Shown piece by piece: positions 28,094-36,337 of a DNA stretch of 64,000 bases. Within the stretch, counting starts at the first letter, position 1. Each line of letters starts with the position of its first letter. The notes under the pieces were generated by a model that saw only the letters and a list, made by a program, of their open reading frames with translations, made no database searches and was not told the DNA's origin. The DNA lies in the NCBI GenBank assembly GCA_050329585.1, contig JBHJOR010000035.1, positions 1,434 to 65,433 on the forward strand, given 5' to 3'. The position numbers and the translations under genes are program-made. This DNA is from Candidatus Methylacidiphilales bacterium (GTDB lineage Bacteria > Verrucomicrobiota > Verrucomicrobiia > Methylacidiphilales > JBCBYL01).

Positions 28094-28465
28094 ATGAATT
28101 CGCCTGAAAACAAGCCTGTGATGAGTGTGCGCACTGCGGTAGCGCTGGGTCTGCTGGCCGTCGTCTCATTTGGCGCCGCCACCAAACTTGAAATATGGCG
28201 AACCGACACCCAATCCGTGCAAGCGCAAACAATAGTCAATGAACGTTTGGAAAAACTCCAGCAGACCCGCGAAGGCATGGCCAAGGAGGCTGCTTCCTAT
28301 CGTTGGATCAACAAGGCTGATGGTGTGGTTCAAATCCCGATTCGTCGTGCGATGGAAGTGATCCAACCGGAACTGCAGGCGTCCACCGCACGCCGCAGCA
28401 GCGTTCCGGTGTTACTCCCGGCAGCCGCGCCCGTTGAAGTCCCGGCCATTCAGGAGGGGCAATAG
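28094..28465 (+). CDS. Single-pass membrane protein in the ActG position
   Basis: One TM helix (VRTAVALGLLAVVSFGAA) is followed by a soluble domain. The gene starts 4 nt after the actF stop. I recognise no family. Confidence 0.45.
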   Translation: MNSPENKPVMSVRTAVALGLLAVVSFGAATKLEIWRTDTQSVQAQTIVNERLEKLQQTREGMAKEAASYRWINKADGVVQIPIRRAMEVIQPELQASTARRSSVPVLLPAAAPVEVPAIQEGQ

Positions 28466-28469
28466 AATC

Positions 28470-30137
28470 ATGGAAGCTGCATCGATAACCTCTCTAAAAG
28501 ATAACCCCGCCTCGGCCACCGCCCAGGATGCGGTGCTGCGTGCCCGCGCCGATGCCAGTGTAAGCCGCCCGGTTCTCTTTTTCTTTATTAACAGCCTGCT
28601 GTGGCTGTTTTTTGGCACGTTATTCGGTGCCATGGTATTTTATAAACTCAAGGATCCGACCCACCTGAGCCGGGTGCTGGGATTCTCGCTGGATTTTTTG
28701 CACTATGGACGCATTTATCCGGCCTTTGTGCATATGTGGATTTACGGCTGGTGTTTTCAAGCTTCCTTCGGTGCGGTGCTCTGGCTTTTGGCACGCTTGA
28801 CCCGCTCAGAGCTCAAACAGCCTCTGATGCTTCAGGTTGCGGCCCTGCTGTGGAATCTGGGTGTCACCATGGGAGTCATTTCCATTCTGGCGGGTAATAA
28901 CACCGGGTTTGACTGGCTGGAATTTCCGGCCTTTTCAACTATTCCCATGTTGCTTGCGTTTGCGGGCATTGCGTGGTGTGCGCTGGATCTTTTGCGTCGT
29001 CGTCGTGGTGAAGAAATGTATATATCACTATGGTATGTGGTGGCGGCACTTTTCTGGTTTCCCTCGATTTATTTTGCGGGGAATCTCTTGCTCAACTGGT
29101 TCCCTGTAGGTGGGGTGCTGGGTTCGGTGGTCAATGCCTGGGTCAAACAAGGCATCCTTGGCCTCTGGTTTGTGCCGATTGGACTGTCGTTGGCATATTA
29201 TCTGATTCCGAAAGTGGTGGGGCGTCCTATTCACAGCTATCATCTGGCAGCATTCGGTTTCTGGATGCTGGCGTTAGTCAGTCCGTGGAACTCGGGGGCT
29301 CAGCTCGAAGGGGGGCCGCTTCCCGCTTGGTTGATCACGGTGGGGATCTCCGCCGGCATCTTGATGTTGATTCCCACTTGGGTGGTGGCGTTCAATTTCC
29401 ACAAGACGCTGGAAGGCGACTATGAAAAAGCGGGGCAAAGTCCTACCCTCAAATTCGTGGTGTTCGGGCTGGTAGCTTATGTCTTTGGACAGATTTTTTT
29501 AGCCGTCACCGGGCTGCGTGATGTCAGCTCAATCTCGCAGTTTACTGTTTTTCAATACGGTCAATTCCATCTGATGTTTTATGCTTTTTTCAGTTCGATT
29601 CTTTTTGGTGCCATCTATTTCATCACGCCGCGTTTGGTGGGTTGTGAGTGGGTATCGTCTCGCCTCATCAAGTGGCACTTTCTGCTGACCGCTTACAGTG
29701 TGGCGGTGGTGGTGATGATGTGGTGCGTAAGCGGTTTTTTTCACGGAGCGGCTGTCAATTCCACGCTAACCACGCACCTTACCGGGTATCGTAATGTGGT
29801 CGAAAGCTCCCTTAGTTTGGTGGCGGCGCCATTGCCAATCGTTCTTTTGTTATGGTGTTTAGCTACCTTGGTGATGTTCCTGGTTGGAGTTTGGATCCGC
29901 CGTTTGTTTTACCCGATTCTGACCGTGATTTTGTTTTCTTGGATTGTTTATACGGTGGTGACGCTTTTTGATCTGGTGCCTATGACGGCCCTCTCGGTCA
30001 TGGTGATTCCGGTCTGGGTGCTGGCCTTTGCGCAAATGTTGTTCCTTTTCCACTTTATGATGATGTTGTTCCGTCTTGGAAGGCTCACCGGCGGGCCCAC
30101 ACTTTTAGCAGATCATGAGAATGGGGAGGGGCACTGA
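28470..30137 (+). CDS. CcoN-like (cbb3-type oxidase subunit I homolog) membrane protein lacking the binuclear-centre ligands
   Basis: AGGAGG lies 12 nt upstream of ATG 28470 (the listed ORF starts at 28434). Homology anchors to CcoN are YGRIYP, LAYYLIPKVVGRPIHSYHLAAFGFW and LIPTW. The canonical His/Tyr positions are substituted; see findings. Confidence 0.75.
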   Translation: MEAASITSLKDNPASATAQDAVLRARADASVSRPVLFFFINSLLWLFFGTLFGAMVFYKLKDPTHLSRVLGFSLDFLHYGRIYPAFVHMWIYGWCFQASFGAVLWLLARLTRSELKQPLMLQVAALLWNLGVTMGVISILAGNNTGFDWLEFPAFSTIPMLLAFAGIAWCALDLLRRRRGEEMYISLWYVVAALFWFPSIYFAGNLLLNWFPVGGVLGSVVNAWVKQGILGLWFVPIGLSLAYYLIPKVVGRPIHSYHLAAFGFWMLALVSPWNSGAQLEGGPLPAWLITVGISAGILMLIPTWVVAFNFHKTLEGDYEKAGQSPTLKFVVFGLVAYVFGQIFLAVTGLRDVSSISQFTVFQYGQFHLMFYAFFSSILFGAIYFITPRLVGCEWVSSRLIKWHFLLTAYSVAVVVMMWCVSGFFHGAAVNSTLTTHLTGYRNVVESSLSLVAAPLPIVLLLWCLATLVMFLVGVWIRRLFYPILTVILFSWIVYTVVTLFDLVPMTALSVMVIPVWVLAFAQMLFLFHFMMMLFRLGRLTGGPTLLADHENGEGH

Positions 30138-30138
30138 T

Positions 30139-30879
30139 ATGAACCGCATACAGAATTTATTTCTCGGTGTGTTTATCCTTAGTGCTCTGGCTTGGGCCGG
30201 GCTGATTCTGGTTCCTTACTATCAACTCGGAAAACTCGATGTGGTGGTGGATGAGGAGTCGGGTAAGAGTCTGCCGCAGCTGCCAACCGGATTACAGTTG
30301 CGCGGTCAGGATGTTTATCTGTCTCAAGGTTGTGTCTATTGCCACACCCAGCAGGTTCGGGATACACATCAAGGCGCGGATATCCAGCGTGGCTGGGGTA
30401 ACCGCCGCACCGTGGCGCGGGATTACATTCATGAAACTCCTGCACTGCTCGGCTTTATGCGCCTTGGTCCAGATCTGGCTAATGTCGGCTCTGTTCAGCG
30501 GATGATCACCATCTTGGGTATCGATAAAAAAGAACCCTATAAAAGTATCGACAGCGCAGGAAAAACTTCGTTTCAGGTGGCGATGGAAATTCGTGGTATG
30601 ATCCCTGATGAAGAATGGGATCAACGAGTTGCTGAATACCGGCAGTGGTTGCATGAGCATTTGTATGATCCCCGCAGTTTTAATGATTGGTCGATTATGC
30701 CTGGTTTTGAAGGTTTGTATCAGAAGGTTCCTTTGGTGGGAGTCCCCCACCCTCAAGCGCTTAAAAACGCCCGCGTCGAAAACGGCTTTCAAGTGGTGCC
30801 CACCGCTCGTGCGGAAGCACTGGTCTCTTACCTGATGTCGCTTGACCGCACCTATGCTCTTCCGGAGGCCCAACCATGA
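30139..30879 (+). CDS. CcoO-like monoheme cytochrome c (cbb3 subunit II homolog) with internal insertion
   Basis: ATG 30139 lies 1 nt after the upstream stop. It has an N-terminal TM helix. LQLRGQDVYLSQGCVYCHTQQVRD, MRLGPDLANVG and LYDPRSFNDWSIMPGF align with CcoO signature regions. An extra 50-55 aa or so follows the GPDL motif. Confidence 0.75.
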   Translation: MNRIQNLFLGVFILSALAWAGLILVPYYQLGKLDVVVDEESGKSLPQLPTGLQLRGQDVYLSQGCVYCHTQQVRDTHQGADIQRGWGNRRTVARDYIHETPALLGFMRLGPDLANVGSVQRMITILGIDKKEPYKSIDSAGKTSFQVAMEIRGMIPDEEWDQRVAEYRQWLHEHLYDPRSFNDWSIMPGFEGLYQKVPLVGVPHPQALKNARVENGFQVVPTARAEALVSYLMSLDRTYALPEAQP

Positions 30880-31547
30880 GTGATGATCCCCGTTTCAGTG
30901 AAGATTTGGACTACAGCGAGAAAAACCAAGTCTCGCGTATCCATGAACAAATCCGCCGTGAAGCCTCCGAGCCCGGTCAAGGTGGTGAACCCATTCCACT
31001 TTGGGGAATGCTTTTTATCGGGTTAGTCATCGCTCTGGCTTTCATGTATTTGGGTATGTATAGCGGCGGATTCAAAGGCGATGTCTATGATGGGCGCGCC
31101 GCAGCGGGAGGATCCTCGGCCGCCGGGGCGGCTGCCGCCGTGGAAGAAGACCCTGTGGTGCTTATGGTCAAAGTGGGTAAGCGCATTTATCAGGCCAATT
31201 GCCAAGCTTGCCACATGGCCACTGGAAATGGTGTCGCCGGGCTTAATCCGCCGTTGGCAGGCTCGGAATGGGTTTTAGAAAACGAGGAGCGGCTGGTTGC
31301 CTTGATATTGGGAGGACTTCAAGGTCCTATCGTGGTCAAAGGCAATACCTACAATAACGTCATGGTCGGGTGGAAACAGACTCTCAACGATAAACAAATC
31401 GCCTCGGTCACTACATACATTCGTCAAGAGTGGGGCAATACGGCAGCTCCGATAACCGAAGATACGGTGGCCAAAGTCCGTTCCGCTCATGGAGATCGTA
31501 GCGAAGCGTGGACTGCAGATGATCTCATCAAAGTTTTCGGGCAGTAA
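30876..31547 (+). CDS. Membrane-anchored monoheme class I cytochrome c
   Basis: It has one TM helix (LWGMLFIGLVIALAFMYLGMY), an Ala/Gly-rich linker, a CQACH heme site and a distal Met region (NNVMVGW). Its start overlaps the upstream stop. Confidence 0.75.
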   Translation: MSDDPRFSEDLDYSEKNQVSRIHEQIRREASEPGQGGEPIPLWGMLFIGLVIALAFMYLGMYSGGFKGDVYDGRAAAGGSSAAGAAAAVEEDPVVLMVKVGKRIYQANCQACHMATGNGVAGLNPPLAGSEWVLENEERLVALILGGLQGPIVVKGNTYNNVMVGWKQTLNDKQIASVTTYIRQEWGNTAAPITEDTVAKVRSAHGDRSEAWTADDLIKVFGQ

Positions 31548-31644
31548 GAATTTTCTTTCAGTAGAAATGCTTCCCGCCATCTTTAAAAACTAATAACGTT
31601 AACCTGCTTTTGAAAAAAACGCTTCACGCATTACACTACTGCTT

Positions 31645-33525
31645 ATGCAAGATTCCACACTAAGCCACGACTCCGGGCACGACGTTCATCACGATCACGA
31701 GGTGCAGTCCTTTTGGTCCAAATACGTTTTTTCTACGGATCATAAAGTCATCGGAATCCAATACGCTATCACCTCCATGCTTTCGTTGTTGGGCGGATTC
31801 ATGATGATGATTTTAATGCGCTGGCAGCTCGCTTACCCTGGGGAGGCTATTCCACTTGTTGGCAACCTCTTGGAAAACATTGTCGGAAAAGAAATGATGG
31901 CCGATGGGGTGATGCAGGCGCAGTTTTATAATTCGTTGGGTGCGATGCATGGCACGGTGATGATATTCCTAGGAGTGGTGCCGCTGGGATTTGCGGCTTT
32001 TGGTAACTACGTGATGCCGCTGCAAGTGGGTGCGCCTGACATGGCATTTCCGCGATTAAACATGGCAAGTTACTGGACTTTTCTTCCCGGTGCCTTGATC
32101 ATGTTTTTGAGTTTCTTTGTTCCCGGAGGAGCTGCCAAGTCGGGCTGGACCTCGTATTCACCACTGGCAACGGTAGCGGATCCCCCGCAGGCACCTACAA
32201 TTGAATTCTTTTCCGGACTCGGCTTAGGTCCTGACTTGGCTCTCTTCATGGCATCACTCTTTAATGGCCAGTCATTGTGGTTGATCGCTATGATCTTCTT
32301 AATTACTTCTTCGCTTTTAGGATCCGTCAACGTGATTGTTACCGTCATCCAATTACGCGCTCGCGGCATGGAGTGGATGCGGATGCCTTATTTCGTATGG
32401 GTTACGCTCGTTACCGCATTTCTTCTACTGTTGGCATTCCCACCTCTTGAAGCAGCAGGCATCATGCAGTTGATGGATCGGGTGGCATTCACCTCCTTCT
32501 TTATGCCCTCCGGTTTGTATGTGGGCGGTGAAACACTGAACAGCTATGCAGGTGGTGGCAGCCCTCTACTCTGGCAACACCTCTTCTGGTTTCTAGGTCA
32601 CCCTGAAGTCTATATTATGTTGCTGCCATCGATCGGTATTGTAGCCGAAATTATTGCCTGTAACACGCGCAAGCCTCTATGGGGCTACAGATCACTGGTG
32701 GTGGCACTGATTGTGCTTGGCGGGTTGTCTTTCATCGTTTGGGCTCACCACATGTATATGACCGGCATGGGCAGTAAGGTCAGTGCCTTCTTCCAAACCA
32801 CCACCACCATCATCTCCATTCCTTCGGTCATCATCCTGTCAGCGCTCTTAATTTCACTTTGGGGCGGCTCCATCCGGTTTAACACACCCATGTTGTTCGC
32901 CACCGCGTTTTTGCCTATGTTCGGCATCGGGGGTCTGACCGGAATTCCATTGGCTTTCAACAGTCTGGGACTCTACCTGCACGATACCTACTACGTGATC
33001 GGCCACTTTCACTATGTGGTGGCGCCGGGTGTGATGTTTGGTTTATTTGCCGGCATTTATCATTGGTATCCCAAAGCCACCGGACGAATGATGAATGAGA
33101 CGTTAGGGAAGCTCCATTTTTGGCCCACGCTGATCTGCATGAACTTGATTTTCGGCCCTATGTTCATCCAAGGCATGGCTGGAATGCACCGCCGTTGGTA
33201 TGACGGTGGTGCCAGCTATGAATTGGCTGCGCCTGTCCTTCACTGGAACGTGGTGATGACCATTGCTGCGTTTGTTATGCTCGTAGCACAGTTTCCATTT
33301 ATCTGGAACTTCTTCACGGCTTGGAAATGGGGCCGCCCCGCCGGACTGAATCCTTGGCAGGCGACCACGCTGGATTGGCAGACGCCCTTCCCCGTTCCGC
33401 ATGGAAACTTTGATAAACCTGTGGTCGTGTATCGCGGCCCTTATGAATACAGTGTCCCCGGTCATGAAACAGATTTCACGCCACAGAACCAACCCGATCC
33501 CGTAAAGACCACCACCCCAGTCTGA
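31645..33525 (+). CDS. ctaD: A-type heme-copper oxidase subunit I
   Basis: The motifs GAMHGTVMIF, GAPDMAFPRLN, WFLGHPEVYI, WAHHMYMTG and HDTYYVIGHFHYVV are present, so all six canonical His, the D-pathway Asp/Asn and the HPEVY Glu/Tyr are there. The 626-aa protein carries insertions and a C-terminal tail. Confidence 0.95.
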   Translation: MQDSTLSHDSGHDVHHDHEVQSFWSKYVFSTDHKVIGIQYAITSMLSLLGGFMMMILMRWQLAYPGEAIPLVGNLLENIVGKEMMADGVMQAQFYNSLGAMHGTVMIFLGVVPLGFAAFGNYVMPLQVGAPDMAFPRLNMASYWTFLPGALIMFLSFFVPGGAAKSGWTSYSPLATVADPPQAPTIEFFSGLGLGPDLALFMASLFNGQSLWLIAMIFLITSSLLGSVNVIVTVIQLRARGMEWMRMPYFVWVTLVTAFLLLLAFPPLEAAGIMQLMDRVAFTSFFMPSGLYVGGETLNSYAGGGSPLLWQHLFWFLGHPEVYIMLLPSIGIVAEIIACNTRKPLWGYRSLVVALIVLGGLSFIVWAHHMYMTGMGSKVSAFFQTTTTIISIPSVIILSALLISLWGGSIRFNTPMLFATAFLPMFGIGGLTGIPLAFNSLGLYLHDTYYVIGHFHYVVAPGVMFGLFAGIYHWYPKATGRMMNETLGKLHFWPTLICMNLIFGPMFIQGMAGMHRRWYDGGASYELAAPVLHWNVVMTIAAFVMLVAQFPFIWNFFTAWKWGRPAGLNPWQATTLDWQTPFPVPHGNFDKPVVVYRGPYEYSVPGHETDFTPQNQPDPVKTTTPV

Positions 33526-33541
33526 GAATAACACCTTCGAC

Positions 33542-34486
33542 ATGCAAATCCCTTACGAAGTCCAAGAACGCCCGGATACGGGTCTTTATAACGCCAAGCT
33601 GGGCATTTGGTTGTTCCTCGCCTCGGAAGTCATGCTTTTTGGCGGACTCTTTTCTGCATACATCTTCCTTCGTCTGGGTGCACCTGACGGAACGTGGCCC
33701 GACCATGTTTTGTGGTATTTGCCTGGCTTGATCAACACCGGAGTCTTGATTCTATCCAGCGTCACGGTGGTGCTGTCCTGGCTCTATGTGAAGATAGGCG
33801 ATTTCAAAATGTTCAGGATCTGTATGATCGTTACGCTGATCTGTTCAGTTTTGTTCATGGGGATCAAGTCATTCGAATACAACGGTAAGTTCCATCACTT
33901 CGGCGCGTTCATGAAAGACGACGCGCGGCCTAACGGTTACAGCGAGCAAATCACCGGACACCTTATCGAAGAAACAGACACCTATTTTCTGGTTGCCGCT
34001 GACACTCGTCAGCCGTCGGATTGGATCAGCTCACGGGCGCCGAAGGTTGAAAAAGACAGCAGCGGGGACGAATTAGCAAAAATCGGAGACGATCCCCACC
34101 AAGGGCCTTCCTTCCAACATCCCGGTATCATAGCCACCGGAAAAATGAAGCCGGTCAAAACCATTGAGGGCAAGGTCAAGGCAGCACTGGGGGAAGACCA
34201 TGCTGAGCACCCGGTCTTCAAGGTGATGAAAGATCAGGTTTTCCGCAGTTCCATGTTTACCCCCGCCTACAATTCTTACTTCTCTATTTATTTTACGATG
34301 ACCGGTCTTCACGCCCTGCACGTTATTGGCGGGGCACTGGTGCTGGCCTATTTCTGTTTCCCGGGAAGCAAAATGTTTTTCACAGACCGTCAACATTTTG
34401 CGAACCGCATCGAAGTAGCGGGGCTATTCTGGCACTTCGTAGATTTGGTCTGGATCTTCCTTTTCCCCATTCTCTACTTGCTTTGA
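33542..34486 (+). CDS. ctaE: Cytochrome c oxidase subunit III with a large hydrophilic insertion
   Basis: N-terminal region LGIWLFLASEVMLFGGLFSAYIF, FSIYFTMTGLHALHVIGG and C-terminal region GLFWHFVDLVWIFLFPILY fit subunit III. A hydrophilic segment of roughly 115-125 aa lies between GIKSFEYNGK and the TGLHALH helix. Confidence 0.85.
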   Translation: MQIPYEVQERPDTGLYNAKLGIWLFLASEVMLFGGLFSAYIFLRLGAPDGTWPDHVLWYLPGLINTGVLILSSVTVVLSWLYVKIGDFKMFRICMIVTLICSVLFMGIKSFEYNGKFHHFGAFMKDDARPNGYSEQITGHLIEETDTYFLVAADTRQPSDWISSRAPKVEKDSSGDELAKIGDDPHQGPSFQHPGIIATGKMKPVKTIEGKVKAALGEDHAEHPVFKVMKDQVFRSSMFTPAYNSYFSIYFTMTGLHALHVIGGALVLAYFCFPGSKMFFTDRQHFANRIEVAGLFWHFVDLVWIFLFPILYLL

Positions 34487-34519
34487 GGTCATTCCACTGA
34501 ACGCATCCACTAACATACT

Positions 34520-34876
34520 ATGAGTGAAAAAACCTTACATACCGGAGAAACCCATGATCATGGCGATCATGAAGTGGAACATCTTAAGCAACATATCAAG
34601 TTCTATTGGATAATTTTTGCAGCGTTGATCGTTGGCACCATCCTCACCGTGGGAGTTCCGATGGTATTTCACTTTGAAAATCACGCCATCAACGTATTGA
34701 TTGGAATGGCTATTGCCACAGTCAAAGCGGCACTGGTCTGTTTGTTTTTTATGCACTTATCAAATGAAAAACGCACCATTTACGTCATGATCGCGTTCGC
34801 CGTCGTCTTCGTGATAGCACTATTTGTTCTGACAGCCCTTGCGTATTGGAACCACACGCATAATCTTATCTGGTAG
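34520..34876 (+). CDS. ctaF: Prokaryotic cytochrome c oxidase subunit IV family protein
   Basis: The pattern HIKFYWIIFAALIVGTILTV...ATVKAALVCLFFMHL, three TM helices and the position after ctaE support the call. Confidence 0.7.
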   Translation: MSEKTLHTGETHDHGDHEVEHLKQHIKFYWIIFAALIVGTILTVGVPMVFHFENHAINVLIGMAIATVKAALVCLFFMHLSNEKRTIYVMIAFAVVFVIALFVLTALAYWNHTHNLIW

Positions 34877-34877
34877 T

Positions 34878-35087
34878 ATGTCACTTAAACACATCCATAT
34901 CCTCTTTGTGATCGCTTGCACCGGGCTGTCTGTGATCTTGGCACTGCTTTTCCTTGGCGGTTTCCAAGAGACCGACATGGTAGCATGGCTGTGGGTGGGT
35001 ATTATGTGTTTGGTCGCTTCAGTCTTGCTGCCGCTTTACGGCTTTTATTTCTGGCAAAAACTCAAACGCCTGGGGGTTTACAACTAA
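34878..35087 (+). CDS. Small two-TM membrane protein (69 aa)
   Basis: An internal ATG of listed ORF 34839..35087 lies 2 nt after the ctaF stop. The product is MSLKHIHILFVIACTGLSVILALLFLGG...VGIMCLVASVLLPLYGFYFW. I recognise no family. Confidence 0.4.
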   Translation: MSLKHIHILFVIACTGLSVILALLFLGGFQETDMVAWLWVGIMCLVASVLLPLYGFYFWQKLKRLGVYN

Positions 35088-35092
35088 AATCC

Positions 35093-35395
35093 ATGATTCC
35101 TCAATCTTTCAAGCAACCTCTTCAAAAAATCCGCACCGTGGCTGTTGGTATTGGCCTGATCTGGGTCACTACCAGTGACGCCGTGGCCTGCGTCGCATGT
35201 TTTGGTGCGAAAGACGATCCCGTAGTTAACGCGGTCGGATGGGCTATTCTATTTCTGTTGGGTGTGGTGGCTATGGTGGTCGGTGGAGCCGCTGCGCTGT
35301 TCATCAGTATTGCCCGCCGCACTCGAAAATACCAACAGCAGTTGCAAGAGGGAACCGACGAGTGGATCGAAGTTCCTTCCCAAACCGGAATGTGA
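35093..35395 (+). CDS. Small membrane protein (100 aa) with CxxC between two hydrophobic segments
   Basis: An internal ATG of listed ORF 34916..35395 gives MIPQSFKQPLQKIRTVAVGIGLIWVTTSDAVACVACFGAKDDPVVNAVGWAILFLLGVVAMVVGGAAALFI... The gene ends 4 nt before the ctaC start. Confidence 0.4.
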   Translation: MIPQSFKQPLQKIRTVAVGIGLIWVTTSDAVACVACFGAKDDPVVNAVGWAILFLLGVVAMVVGGAAALFISIARRTRKYQQQLQEGTDEWIEVPSQTGM

Positions 35396-35398
35396 ACC

Positions 35399-36223
35399 AT
35401 GCTAAACGATCTTCTTCAGTATACCCAAAATGCCTCGGAACACGGGACACAGGTCGACTTCTTTCTGGAAGCCGCTCACTGGTTCATGCTGATTCTCTTT
35501 GTGGGATGGTCCTTGTTTTTTTTCTATACGCTCTATCGTTTCTGGCAGAAGCGGCAGCCAAAAGCTCAATACGCAGGTCTGAAGTCCCACGTCTCCTCTC
35601 ACGCCGAGATTGGGGTCATCATTGTGGAAGCCGTGTTGCTTTTGGGTTTCGCGTTTCCGCTATGGGCTAAGCAGGTCAATCAATTTCCACCGGAAGGCGA
35701 TAACGTGGTGCGTGTTCATGCGGTGGCTGAACAATTTGGATGGACTTTTCACTATCCGGGTCCAGATGGTGTTTTTGGTTCCAAACGAGCGACCTTCATC
35801 AAAGCTGACAGCCCTCGTAGTATGATTGGCTTGGATCCAAACGATCCCCATGGTTTGGATGATGTGGTTTCGAGAACCTACATGAAAATTCCGGTGGATC
35901 GCCCGGTCATCATCGATATCACTTCCAAAGACGTGATTCACAACTATGCGATTGCTCACATGAGGGTCAGCCAAGATGCTATTCCCGGGATGAGCATTCC
36001 TATCTGGTATACGCCGGTGCGGACGGGGGAATTTGAAATCATCTGCGGGCAGCTTTGCGGGGCCGGACACTTTTCCATGAAGGGTATATTGGAAGTGTTA
36101 AGTGAAGAAGATTATCAGAAGTGGTATTCCAGTCAGGTTCCCAAGACAGAAAATGCTCCTGTAGCTCCGCAAGAAGAGACGCAGGCAGATGCTCCCTCTG
36201 CTTTGGCTTCATCCAACCCATAA
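35399..36223 (+). CDS. ctaC: Cytochrome c oxidase subunit II (CuA domain, no fused cytochrome c)
   Basis: Two N-terminal TM helices are present. The CuA ligand pattern is DVIHNY...CGQLCGAGHFSM (H...CxxxCxxxHxxM). Confidence 0.9.
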   Translation: MLNDLLQYTQNASEHGTQVDFFLEAAHWFMLILFVGWSLFFFYTLYRFWQKRQPKAQYAGLKSHVSSHAEIGVIIVEAVLLLGFAFPLWAKQVNQFPPEGDNVVRVHAVAEQFGWTFHYPGPDGVFGSKRATFIKADSPRSMIGLDPNDPHGLDDVVSRTYMKIPVDRPVIIDITSKDVIHNYAIAHMRVSQDAIPGMSIPIWYTPVRTGEFEIICGQLCGAGHFSMKGILEVLSEEDYQKWYSSQVPKTENAPVAPQEETQADAPSALASSNP

Positions 36224-36337
36224 ACGATTCGCTCGGGGTTGAAACACCAAGTGCCCAGCGCGGCTAATACTCGATTTAGTCCTGCTACTAACTTGATCAT
36301 CAGCTTGATGCGCCTCTGCATCACTATAAATTAAGCA

